Origin: Deltaproteobacteria bacterium
GTDB lineage: Bacteria > Desulfobacterota > Binatia > UBA1149 > CAITLU01
Assembly (NCBI GenBank): GCA_016218925.1
Contig: JACRCR010000140.1
Span: forward strand, 6,389 to 70,388
Direction: 5' to 3'
Length of the DNA: 64,000 nucleotides
The notes beneath the pieces are model-generated. The model was not told the origin of the DNA. It did no database searches and worked only from the letters and a program-made list of their open reading frames with translations. Of this stretch, positions 29,607 through 37,798 are shown in pieces. The position numbers and the translations under genes were made by a program. Each line of letters begins with the position of its first letter. Positions within the stretch are counted from its first letter, which is position 1.

Positions 29607-29646
29607 GCGGCGCAGAGGTGCGCGACACGGACGAGCAGGCGAGCTG

Positions 29647-31575
29647 ATGACTGAGTCGATTCGAGTGCTGCATCTGGAGGACAGCCCGCGCGACGCCGAG
29701 CTGATCCGAGAGAAACTGGCAACGGGAGGCCTGAGTTGCGACATAGTCCAGGTCAATCGTAAGGAGACCTTCGAGTCGGCACTGGCCCGGGAGTCGTTCG
29801 ACGTGATCCTGTGCGACTTCAACCTCCCGGACTACGACGGGCGCAGCGCCTTGAGACTGATCCAGGCGACCCGACCCAGGACGCCCGTGATTGTCATCTC
29901 CGGCACGCTGGGCGAGGACGCCGCGGTGGAGTGCCTGCGGATCGGCGCGACCGACTACCTGCTCAAAGATCGGCTCGAACGCCTGGCCGCCGCGGTGAAC
30001 CGCGCGCTGCGTGAGGCCGAAGAACATCGCAAGCGCGAGCAGGCCGAGGAGCAACTGCGGCAATCGCAGAAGATGGAGGCCATCGGTCGCCTCGCGGGTG
30101 GCGTTGCTCACGACTTCAACAATCAGATCTTCGTGATCAACGGCTACTGTGATCTGCTGCTCGCGGAGTTCACCAGCCTGCCGACCTTGCTGGGACCGCT
30201 CGGTGAGATCAAGAAGGCGGCACACCGTTCGGCGATCCTGACGGCGCAACTGCTGGCCTTCAGCCGCAAACAAGTACTGCAGCCGAAGGTGGTGGACCTC
30301 AACGTCGAACTGCGTGAGATCGAGACGATGCTGGAGCGCCTGATCGGCGAGGACATCCAGCTTACGTTGATGCTGGGGGCAGACACGGGGCATGTGAAGG
30401 TGGACCCGAACCAGCTTCAGGAAGCGGTGATGAACCTCGCGGTCAACGCGCGCGATGCCATGCCGCACGGCGGCAAGTTGACGATCGAAACCTACAACGT
30501 CGTACTCGATGAGGCCTACGCGCAATCGCGTATCGAGGTGCAGGCGGGACCGTACGTATTGCTCTCGATGTCAGATACCGGACACGGTATGGATCGGAAG
30601 ACGCTTGCCCACATGTTCGAGCCTTTCTTCACCACCAAGGGGCCGGGCAAGGGCACCGGCTTGGGTCTGGCGATGGTGCACGGGATCGTGAAGCAGAGCG
30701 GTGGGCACATCACGGTCTACAGCGAGGCGGAACACGGCACGACCTTCAAGCTGTATCTCCCGCGTGTCGATGAGCCGCTAGAGATGACCGAGCGCCGGGT
30801 GAGCGTGCCACTGACGGGCGGTTCGGAGACCATCCTACTCGTCGAAGACGACGCCACGGTGCGCGAACTCGCGCGCCGGGTGCTCGCCGAGCAGGGATAT
30901 CAGGTGCTGCCCGCCGCAAGCGGCACAGAGGCGTTACAACTGGCGGTGCAGCACCACGGGCCGATTCATCTGCTGCTCACGGACGTCGTGATGCCGGAGA
31001 TGAGCGGCTCGCAGCTTGCCGAGCGACTCACCGCCGTCTACCCGCAGACCCGAGTCATCTACATGTCGGGCTACACAGAGAACGCCATCGTGCACCACGG
31101 CGTCCTGATGGTGGGACTGGCCTTCCTACCCAAGCCTTGTCCGATTGATGTGCTGGTTCGCAAGGTGCGCGAGATGCTCGACGCGCGGCCGCTCGAGGAA
31201 CTGCGCGGCAGTCGCATCCTGGTGGTCGATGACTCGGGGGATGAGCGACTCCTGCTGGGGCGCGTGCTTTCGAGAGCCGGTTGTGAGGTGCTCGAGGCGG
31301 CCGGCGGTAGCGAGGCGCTGGGCGTACTGGAACGCGAAGTCGTGGACGCCGTCGTCACCGACGTGAACATGCCGGGAATGGACGGGTTCGCCTTGACGGA
31401 AGCCATTCGCCTCACGCCGCCGCTGCAGAGGCTGCCCGTGATCATCCTGAGCGGTGCGTACACTGAGGAAGAACGGGCTCGTAGCCGCGCCGCCCAAGCA
31501 ACCGACTGTCTGGACAAGGGCGCGATCGGTCAGCAGGTCCTCCTCGAGGTTCTGGCCAAGGTTCTGAGTTCCTGA
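29647..31575 (+). CDS. Cytoplasmic hybrid kinase REC-HisKA-HATPase-REC-REC
   Basis: N-terminal REC (LHLEDS..CDFNLP), H-box 'GVAHDFNN', 'NARDAM', 'GTGLGLA', then two REC domains (LLVEDD..TDVVMP; LVVDDS..TDVNMP). Confidence 0.93.
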   Translation: MTESIRVLHLEDSPRDAELIREKLATGGLSCDIVQVNRKETFESALARESFDVILCDFNLPDYDGRSALRLIQATRPRTPVIVISGTLGEDAAVECLRIGATDYLLKDRLERLAAAVNRALREAEEHRKREQAEEQLRQSQKMEAIGRLAGGVAHDFNNQIFVINGYCDLLLAEFTSLPTLLGPLGEIKKAAHRSAILTAQLLAFSRKQVLQPKVVDLNVELREIETMLERLIGEDIQLTLMLGADTGHVKVDPNQLQEAVMNLAVNARDAMPHGGKLTIETYNVVLDEAYAQSRIEVQAGPYVLLSMSDTGHGMDRKTLAHMFEPFFTTKGPGKGTGLGLAMVHGIVKQSGGHITVYSEAEHGTTFKLYLPRVDEPLEMTERRVSVPLTGGSETILLVEDDATVRELARRVLAEQGYQVLPAASGTEALQLAVQHHGPIHLLLTDVVMPEMSGSQLAERLTAVYPQTRVIYMSGYTENAIVHHGVLMVGLAFLPKPCPIDVLVRKVREMLDARPLEELRGSRILVVDDSGDERLLLGRVLSRAGCEVLEAAGGSEALGVLEREVVDAVVTDVNMPGMDGFALTEAIRLTPPLQRLPVIILSGAYTEEERARSRAAQATDCLDKGAIGQQVLLEVLAKVLSS

Positions 31576-31900
31576 TCCTGGTCCGTGTGGCGGGCTGATC
31601 ACGCCGCGGCAGGATCACTCGGGACGAGAGGCGCCGGGTCGTTACCGCATCCGTTCGGGTACTCGACGTCGGGGACTCCGAAGGCGACCTGACCAAGACT
31701 CTTCTGCGCACGGACCCCCTCGCGTTCTCGCGCTGCAGGGCGGTGGTGCGTCCGTGAAGATGGGCGGAATAAAAACGGCACCCCGGTGGTCGAAGCGTGA
31801 GGAAGGTCCGTTCCTGTGCTCTAATCCTCGGGACCGTCTTGGTCATCGAGACGCGGGCCTGGGTTCTGTTCAGGCTGTGACGACGGACTTGGAGAAAGCC

Positions 31901-32731
31901 ATGTACGCACATCATTGTAGGGTTCTCGGGGCGGTGCTGGCAGCCGGCACGCTGGCTATCGGCTGCACGGCCGGACCGATGACGACGCGGGAGCGCGGGA
32001 TTCTGGGAGGTACCGCGGTCGGCGCGGCTTCCGGCGCCATGATCGGCAGCGCGAGCGGCGACACCGCCGAAGGCGCGCTGATCGGAGCCGCGGTCGGCGC
32101 GCTTGCCGGCGTCGTCATCGGCGACAGCGCGCAGGCCCAGGAAGAAGCCGCCCGCAACCGCGCCCTCGTCGATGAACTGAGGGCTCGCGACCTGGACGCC
32201 CGCGGCACCGATCGCGGCGTCGTCGTCAACTTTCCCGATGTGCTGTTCGAGTTCGGCCGCGCAGAGGTGACACGCGGTGCGCACCGCAAGATCGCCAGCA
32301 TGGTCGACGTACTCCAGAGCCCGAATGCGGTCGGACGGCGCATTTCGGTGGAGGGACATACCGATTCGATAGGCGGCGAGCAATCCAATCTGGATCTCTC
32401 CGAGCGCCGCGCACGCGCCGTGGCTGATGCGCTCGTGGGGCAGGGCGTTGATGGATCGCGCCTGTCGATGCGCGGTTTTGGCGAGAGCTACCCGGTTGAG
32501 GCGAACACCTATTCGGACGGCCGCGACAATCCCCAGGGGCGCGCGCGCAATCGCCGCGTCGAGGTCATCATTCTCAATCAGTGGGACGAGCAGGCGGCGC
32601 AGCCTGCGCAGTATCCGGCGCAGCAGCCGGCCTACCAGGCGGCCCCGCAATATCAGGTTTACCCGACGTATCCGCCGGCCCCTCCGCCGGTTGGATATCC
32701 TGCCTACCCGGCCTATCCGCCGCCCTACTGA
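31901..32731 (+). CDS. OmpA-family lipoprotein with glycine zipper and Pro/Tyr-rich tail
   Basis: Lipobox 'LAIGC', 'GALIGAAVGALAG', 'VEGHTDSIG', 'LSERRARAV', 'NRRVEV'. Confidence 0.92.
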   Translation: MYAHHCRVLGAVLAAGTLAIGCTAGPMTTRERGILGGTAVGAASGAMIGSASGDTAEGALIGAAVGALAGVVIGDSAQAQEEAARNRALVDELRARDLDARGTDRGVVVNFPDVLFEFGRAEVTRGAHRKIASMVDVLQSPNAVGRRISVEGHTDSIGGEQSNLDLSERRARAVADALVGQGVDGSRLSMRGFGESYPVEANTYSDGRDNPQGRARNRRVEVIILNQWDEQAAQPAQYPAQQPAYQAAPQYQVYPTYPPAPPPVGYPAYPAYPPPY

Positions 32732-32785
32732 CGGCAGGGTGCCGGCCTGCGGGACGCGCGAGATCGCTTCACGAACAGGGCCGAG

Positions 32786-34357
32786 TCACGAGCGCGGCAG
32801 CAACGGGTCCTTGGGCGGCCTGGGCGGCGCGTGCAGTTCGCGAATGATGGCGGCATCGCGTCCGTAGACGTCGGGCAGGAACTCCACCTTGCCGTCGCGG
32901 TCCATCGCCGCGGTCCAGTAGAGAATCAGCACCGGCACCGGTTGGCGCAAGGTCAGCGTTTGCGACTTTCCGGTCGCGATCGCGCGCTCGAGCGCGTCCA
33001 CGCTCCACGCCGGATCGTCCAGCACCAGCGCGGCCAGTTCGACCGGACGTTCGACGCGCACGCAGCCGTGACTGAAAGTGCGCGTGGTCTGCTCGAAGAA
33101 CGACTTGGACGGAGTGTCGTGCAAGTACACCGAGTGCGAGTTCGGCAACATCAGCTTGATGCGTCCCAGCGCGTTCTTGGGTCCCGGTGGCTGGACGAAC
33201 TGTCCGTCCACACGCCGGAAGCCTTTCTTTTCCAGGTAGCGCGGATCGCGGCGCATGCCCGGCATAACTTCATTCCTGACGATCGATGCCGGAATCGTCC
33301 AGTCCGGGTTCAGCACGATGTACTTCATGTCGGCACGGAAGATCGGCGTCTTGGTGTAGGGCTTGCCCACCACCACGCGCGTCTCCCAGACGCGCGTGCC
33401 CTCTGCGACGAAGTAGGCCTTGAAGCCGGCGACGTTGACCAGCACGAAGCGTCGCGGCGCGTCGTGCAGTACCCAGCGGCAGCGCTCTAGCGTCGCGCGG
33501 AGCTGCTCGATGCGGTCCGCCACCGGGACGTTCAGCGCGCGCAGTGTAGCGGTTCCCACCACGCCGTCGGCGGCCAGTCCGTGCCGGCGCTGGAACGCCT
33601 CGACCGCTTCGGCCAGCGAAGCGTCGAACACGTCGCCGGTGGCGGCGCCTGCTTGTTCGTCGAGGTCCGCGGTGATCGCCAGACGGCGGCGAAGTATCGC
33701 GACACGCTGGCCCGAGCGACCCACTTCCAGAGCCGGACCCGCCGGGATCGAGGGCCACCCACCTTGCGCGGCCAAAGCGCGGTACTGCGCGAGTGCGTCG
33801 CGAGTCCTGCGGAAGAACAAGCTCTGCGGACCGATCTTGTCGAGGAACTCGGATAGATGCCGCGCCTCGATCGCCTTGCGCAGTACTGCGGCGGGGTCGG
33901 GGCCGATGAGCGGACGCGAGTAGTTCCAGTCGGTGTCCAGACGCTGCGGATCCACCTTGCCGAAGCGCGCGTGGTAGGCCAGGCGCACCAGCGCGTCGGT
34001 CAGGATCACGTCGAGGTCGGCGCACGCCCGATCGTCGCGGTCGCCGGCGGCGCGCAGGCGCGCGATGGTCGCCATGTGATAGTCCGCTGGATCCAGACCG
34101 ACCGACGCAGACTCCGCGATGGCGCGCACGAGATCGTCAACCGCTGCCGGATCGGTCCACAGCGGCTCGAAGCCACGACTCTCGTAGATGCGCGGCAGCA
34201 ACACCGCCGAGGTGACCGTGGTTCCAGCCAGCGGTTGGGGACCGCGCGCCTGCAGTGCCCGCACCGTCTGCATCAGCGCATCCGAGGGCAGGGCCGGCGC
34301 CGGCGAAAACAACGAGAGGGCGAGCGCGGCGCCGGTCAGAAGCGAGTTTGGACGCAT
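32786..34357 (-). CDS. L,D-transpeptidase, YcbB/LdtD type, with peptidoglycan-binding domain
   Basis: 'AVEAFQRRHGLAADGVVG', 'VVVGKPYTKTP', 'VYLHDTP...FSHGCVRV' (YkuD His/Cys). Confidence 0.93.
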   Translation of the reverse strand: MRPNSLLTGAALALSLFSPAPALPSDALMQTVRALQARGPQPLAGTTVTSAVLLPRIYESRGFEPLWTDPAAVDDLVRAIAESASVGLDPADYHMATIARLRAAGDRDDRACADLDVILTDALVRLAYHARFGKVDPQRLDTDWNYSRPLIGPDPAAVLRKAIEARHLSEFLDKIGPQSLFFRRTRDALAQYRALAAQGGWPSIPAGPALEVGRSGQRVAILRRRLAITADLDEQAGAATGDVFDASLAEAVEAFQRRHGLAADGVVGTATLRALNVPVADRIEQLRATLERCRWVLHDAPRRFVLVNVAGFKAYFVAEGTRVWETRVVVGKPYTKTPIFRADMKYIVLNPDWTIPASIVRNEVMPGMRRDPRYLEKKGFRRVDGQFVQPPGPKNALGRIKLMLPNSHSVYLHDTPSKSFFEQTTRTFSHGCVRVERPVELAALVLDDPAWSVDALERAIATGKSQTLTLRQPVPVLILYWTAAMDRDGKVEFLPDVYGRDAAIIRELHAPPRPPKDPLLPRS

Positions 34358-34548
34358 GAAGGTCTTCCCTGCACAACCAGTGCGAGCCGGCGGCCAGGAC
34401 TGTGACGGATGCGCATTGTCGAGTCGCGAGTGGGGCGACGCAAACTGTCTGCGCCGCACGCGGATGCGGCGGCGAGTCATGCGGCTCAGAGACGAAGGGT
34501 GACGCCCCCGGCTTGCGGCACGTGTGCGCGAGCACTAAACCTCCGGCG

Positions 34549-35439
34549 ATGACGCTCTCGGCTTCTGCGGTCTCACCGCGCGGCGCCGCCTTTCGCGCCG
34601 ACGTCGTCGCGCTTGCGCCGGCGTGGCGAATCGCCGCTGCGGCCCTCAAAGTCTTCGCGCGTGGCAGCCTGTTGGTGATGGTGGTGGCGCTGCTGCTCTC
34701 GGACGAGCCGCCGACCAACCCGCTGGCGCAGATGCGGATGTTCGCGGGGTTGTTTCTCGCGCCCGAGGCCGCGGCCTGGTGCATTGCGCGCGCGTTCGCT
34801 GCGAGTCTCAGCGTGGAGGACGAAGCCCTCGTGCTCGAGCAAAGGGGGCGGCGCGTCGAGATCCAGACGGCGGCGGTCGCGGCAGTGGAGCCATGGGTGG
34901 TCCCGCTTCCCGCAGTCGGCCTTTGGCTGAGGTTGAAGTCGGGAAGGCGTTTCTCGGAGGCGATCGCGCTGGCCGATCCGGCGGGCTTCGTCGAGGCGTT
35001 GGTCGCCCAAGGCGGTCAGCCCTCGCTCGGCGATGCGCTGTCAGGCCGCGTGGGGGCCTACGCGCGGGCGCGAGTTGCCAATCCCCACGGGCTCTTCGAG
35101 CACCCGGTTCTCAAGTTCGTGGTCTTCGCGCTGGTTCCGGCGCTGCCGGCGTTCCGCCTGCACCAGGTCATCACGTACGGTGGAACTTTCGGCGAGTACC
35201 AGACGTTCGGTCTCCAGGCCTATCTCATCGGTCTTGCGATCTGGTGGGTCTCGTGGGCGATCGGTCTCGTGCTGTTCGCGGCAGTGCTGAGGGCGGCCGT
35301 CGAGTTGGGCACCGTGGCGCTGGTGTTGGCGCGCCCGGCGTGGGCGGTTGGTGCGAGGAAGTTGCTGGAGATCGTTGGCCGCGTGTTCTTTTACGTCGGC
35401 GTCCCGACCTTGCTGCTGATCCGCCTGTGGCCGTGGTGA
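34549..35439 (+). CDS. Hypothetical membrane protein; probable stand-alone C-terminal module of long Lnt-like proteins
   Basis: Several TMs; 'LKFVVFALVPALPAFRLHQVITYGGTFGEY' recalled, unverified, as the C-terminal extension of long Lnt homologues. Confidence 0.55.
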   Translation: MTLSASAVSPRGAAFRADVVALAPAWRIAAAALKVFARGSLLVMVVALLLSDEPPTNPLAQMRMFAGLFLAPEAAAWCIARAFAASLSVEDEALVLEQRGRRVEIQTAAVAAVEPWVVPLPAVGLWLRLKSGRRFSEAIALADPAGFVEALVAQGGQPSLGDALSGRVGAYARARVANPHGLFEHPVLKFVVFALVPALPAFRLHQVITYGGTFGEYQTFGLQAYLIGLAIWWVSWAIGLVLFAAVLRAAVELGTVALVLARPAWAVGARKLLEIVGRVFFYVGVPTLLLIRLWPW

Positions 35440-35510
35440 GCCGGCGGTTTGGTACGGCGCCGTCTGCCTGACGTCGTCGCGACGACCACTGCTGCGCCAG
35501 CGCGCTACGC

Positions 35511-36854
35511 TCAATAAAGCCCCGGAATGATCTTTGCCGGCACGCGCCGGCAGTACTCGTCCCAGTCGGCGCCGTACTTGTTGCGACAGCGTTTGTCGTC
35601 GCGCGTGGCGCGATCGGCGAGCAGCAGGATCAGGAAGGTCAGGTAGAAGTACGGCACGAAGTGTTCGAAGCCGGCCGGAATGCTCCAGGCCAGCGCGAGC
35701 GCGATCTCCGGCACGTAGTGGAAGTGGCGCGCCAGTCCCCACCAGCCCGAGGCCAGCAGAAGGCTCTCGTGCTCGCTTGCGTCGGCGGTGGTGTAGCGCG
35801 CGTGGATCAGGTCCGGAGCGCGCCCCCAGACCGTCGTGTTGCCGCCGGTCTCGCGCACGCGCTGGCGCTGCTCATCGGCGGCATAGTTCACGTAGATCGC
35901 GGCCAGGCCGACCACGAAGATGGCTGCCGCAAGCGCCGCCGGCATGTCGTAGGGGCGCAGCACGAGGTACTGCGCGGTCAGTGCGTACACCGCTGGCACC
36001 CAGGCGAGCACGCCCCAGCAGATGTAGTAGCCGAAGCGGTCGTGCATGATGTCGAGTGAGGTGAAGTACCCGCTCTCCCACCAGAAGAACTTCAGCAGAT
36101 ACACGACGGTGATCGCCACCGACACCAGCATCGAATTGCTCACGTGCCCGAACAGCTCGCCCTGCTTGGCCGCGAACGAGCACACGATGATGCTCCATCC
36201 CATCATGCTGATGCGGCAGTTGATGAGCTGCTTGAGGTTGATGCCGAAAAGCTCGGGGTGCAGCTCGACGCCCCAGTAGTAGTCCCAGATGAAATTGCCC
36301 GAGACGCTACGATCTTCGCAGGTCGGCCACACCCGCCCCTTCACGTAGAGAAGCAGACACAGCACCAGCGCGAACACGACGAGGGTGATCAGCATCGGCC
36401 CGAACCGGTCCCACACGACTCCCGCACTGAAGAGCCCCAGACCGTAGGAACAACCGAAGAACAGACCATGGGTGACGAGCCAGGCGGCGATGCCGTTGAG
36501 CTTGTAGCGCGGGCGATTGCCGGACGGCGTGATCGGGCCGAAAAAGTCCTTTCCGGGAAGCCACTGCAACAAGGCGGTCTCGAGCACGACAAAGACCAGG
36601 ATCATCTCTGCGGCGGCCAGGCTCGGCGACGGGAAGTGCGCGGCGACCGAGCGCCAGCCCTTCGCCGTGAGCAGCGGCAACAGCGAGCCGTCAAAGGGCT
36701 CGAAGGTGCAGACGATCCAGAACAGGATCGCGGCGGGCGGGGTCGACAGGATCAGCAACAGCGGGCCGAGGCGCGAGCGGATCAGATCGACCCACGCACC
36801 GTCGCTGCCGGCCGCCCAGGTCGTGAGCTTCTGCGCTGGCGACTCATTCGACAT
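35511..36854 (-). CDS. Sterol Delta7-reductase (7-dehydrocholesterol reductase, ERG4/ERG24 family)
   Basis: 'YKLNG', 'DYYWGVELHP', 'YFTSLDIMHDRFGYYICWG', signature 'LLASGWWGLARHFHY', 'RDDKRCRNKYG..W..YC..VP..IIPGLY'. Confidence 0.93.
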   Translation of the reverse strand: MSNESPAQKLTTWAAGSDGAWVDLIRSRLGPLLLILSTPPAAILFWIVCTFEPFDGSLLPLLTAKGWRSVAAHFPSPSLAAAEMILVFVVLETALLQWLPGKDFFGPITPSGNRPRYKLNGIAAWLVTHGLFFGCSYGLGLFSAGVVWDRFGPMLITLVVFALVLCLLLYVKGRVWPTCEDRSVSGNFIWDYYWGVELHPELFGINLKQLINCRISMMGWSIIVCSFAAKQGELFGHVSNSMLVSVAITVVYLLKFFWWESGYFTSLDIMHDRFGYYICWGVLAWVPAVYALTAQYLVLRPYDMPAALAAAIFVVGLAAIYVNYAADEQRQRVRETGGNTTVWGRAPDLIHARYTTADASEHESLLLASGWWGLARHFHYVPEIALALAWSIPAGFEHFVPYFYLTFLILLLADRATRDDKRCRNKYGADWDEYCRRVPAKIIPGLY

Positions 36855-36932
36855 CTGGATCCCCGCGGCGCCGCACTCTCGCGTGCGGGGGCGCGTGGGT
36901 CAACAGCTGCGCGGTCACCAGGCGCCGGTCGT

Positions 36933-36946
36933 ATGATTTTTGTCAT
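36933..36946. promoter_or_regulatory. Crp/Fnr-type palindrome ATGAT-TTTT-GTCAT (site 1)
   Basis: In the divergent promoter between the sterol reductase and the oxidase operon; the 21-mer 36928-36948 matches 42659-42679 at 17/21 positions. Confidence 0.7.
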
Positions 36947-37036
36947 GGCCGGGTGCGCGCATCTGGTGTCTTGATGCCCACTGGGCGACCCCGGTCACCG
37001 CTTCGGTGTCCGGAAGGGCTGGTCCGGGAGGTATCG

Positions 37037-37198
37037 ATGGCCACGACGCACGACCCACAGCGGCAGATTCCGCTCGGACAGAGGCTCTACGACCGGCCTT
37101 TTCTGCTGCTCGGCTTCGGCCTCGTGGTGATGTTCGCGTTCTACACGATCTGGGGACTGCTCGAACTGATGTGGCTGCCGGTGGCCACGCTGCCGTAA
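37037..37198 (+). CDS. Small single-TM protein, probable accessory subunit (IIa-like) of the heme-copper enzyme
   Basis: 53 aa, RBS GGAGG, one hydrophobic helix, first gene before subunit II. Confidence 0.7.
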   Translation: MATTHDPQRQIPLGQRLYDRPFLLLGFGLVVMFAFYTIWGLLELMWLPVATLP

Positions 37199-37210
37199 CG
37201 GGGGAGGGAG

Positions 37211-37798
37211 ATGGAAGAACTGCACAGTGCACTGGTGGCGCCCCGCGGCATCTGGTGGAAGGCGGCCGGCCGCCAGGAGAGGATCTGGGTCACCGTCTCG
37301 TTCGTGTGGTGCATGATCCTGTTCGCGATGATGCCGCTATGGCACATCAAGGGCGGCCAGAATCCGTCCGGGATCCGAGCCAGGGTCGAGCCCGAGGCGT
37401 TTCGGCGCCGCGTCGATCAGTTCATCGCCGACTACAAGATCGGGTCGGAAGCGGGGGTTCCGTTGGTCGCGCCGCCACCCGGTTCCGACGTCTATCTGCT
37501 CGCGCGCATGTGGCAGTGGTATCCGGCGCTGGTGCTGGAAGAGGGCAAGACCTACGTGCTGCATCTCTCCTCCATCGACGTCAATCACGGGTTCAACCTG
37601 CAACCCTTCAACGTGAACTTCCAGGTGGTGCCCGGCTATGACTACGGGCTGCGCATCACGCCCAACCAGGCCGGGGACTATCGCGTGATCTGCAACGAGT
37701 ACTGCGGGATCGGGCATCACCTGATGACTGGCAAGATCCTCGTGAAGCCGGCCGGTAGCGCGGCCGTCGCGCCGGTCGCCCAAGGGGGTACGCGATGA
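37211..37798 (+). CDS. Heme-copper oxidase subunit II with CuA site (B-family/eNOR type)
   Basis: One TM, cupredoxin domain 'SSIDVNHGF' and 'CNEYCGIGHHLM'. Confidence 0.93.
   Translation: MEELHSALVAPRGIWWKAAGRQERIWVTVSFVWCMILFAMMPLWHIKGGQNPSGIRARVEPEAFRRRVDQFIADYKIGSEAGVPLVAPPPGSDVYLLARMWQWYPALVLEEGKTYVLHLSSIDVNHGFNLQPFNVNFQVVPGYDYGLRITPNQAGDYRVICNEYCGIGHHLMTGKILVKPAGSAAVAPVAQGGTR

Noticed and set aside
34395-34470. c-di-GMP-I riboswitch suggested by GACGCAAA
   Set aside because: The upstream GGCAAACC and GNRA-capped P2 elements are missing; only a short word matches.
23893-34548. Integrative mobile element or genomic island call
   Set aside because: No integrase, transposase, tRNA target or convincing flanking direct repeat; composition looks like the flanks. 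Retained only as part of the split-Lnt hypothesis.
36971-36984. Canonical FNR box starting TTGAT
   Set aside because: Only the left half-site is present (TTGAT-GCCC-ACTGG).
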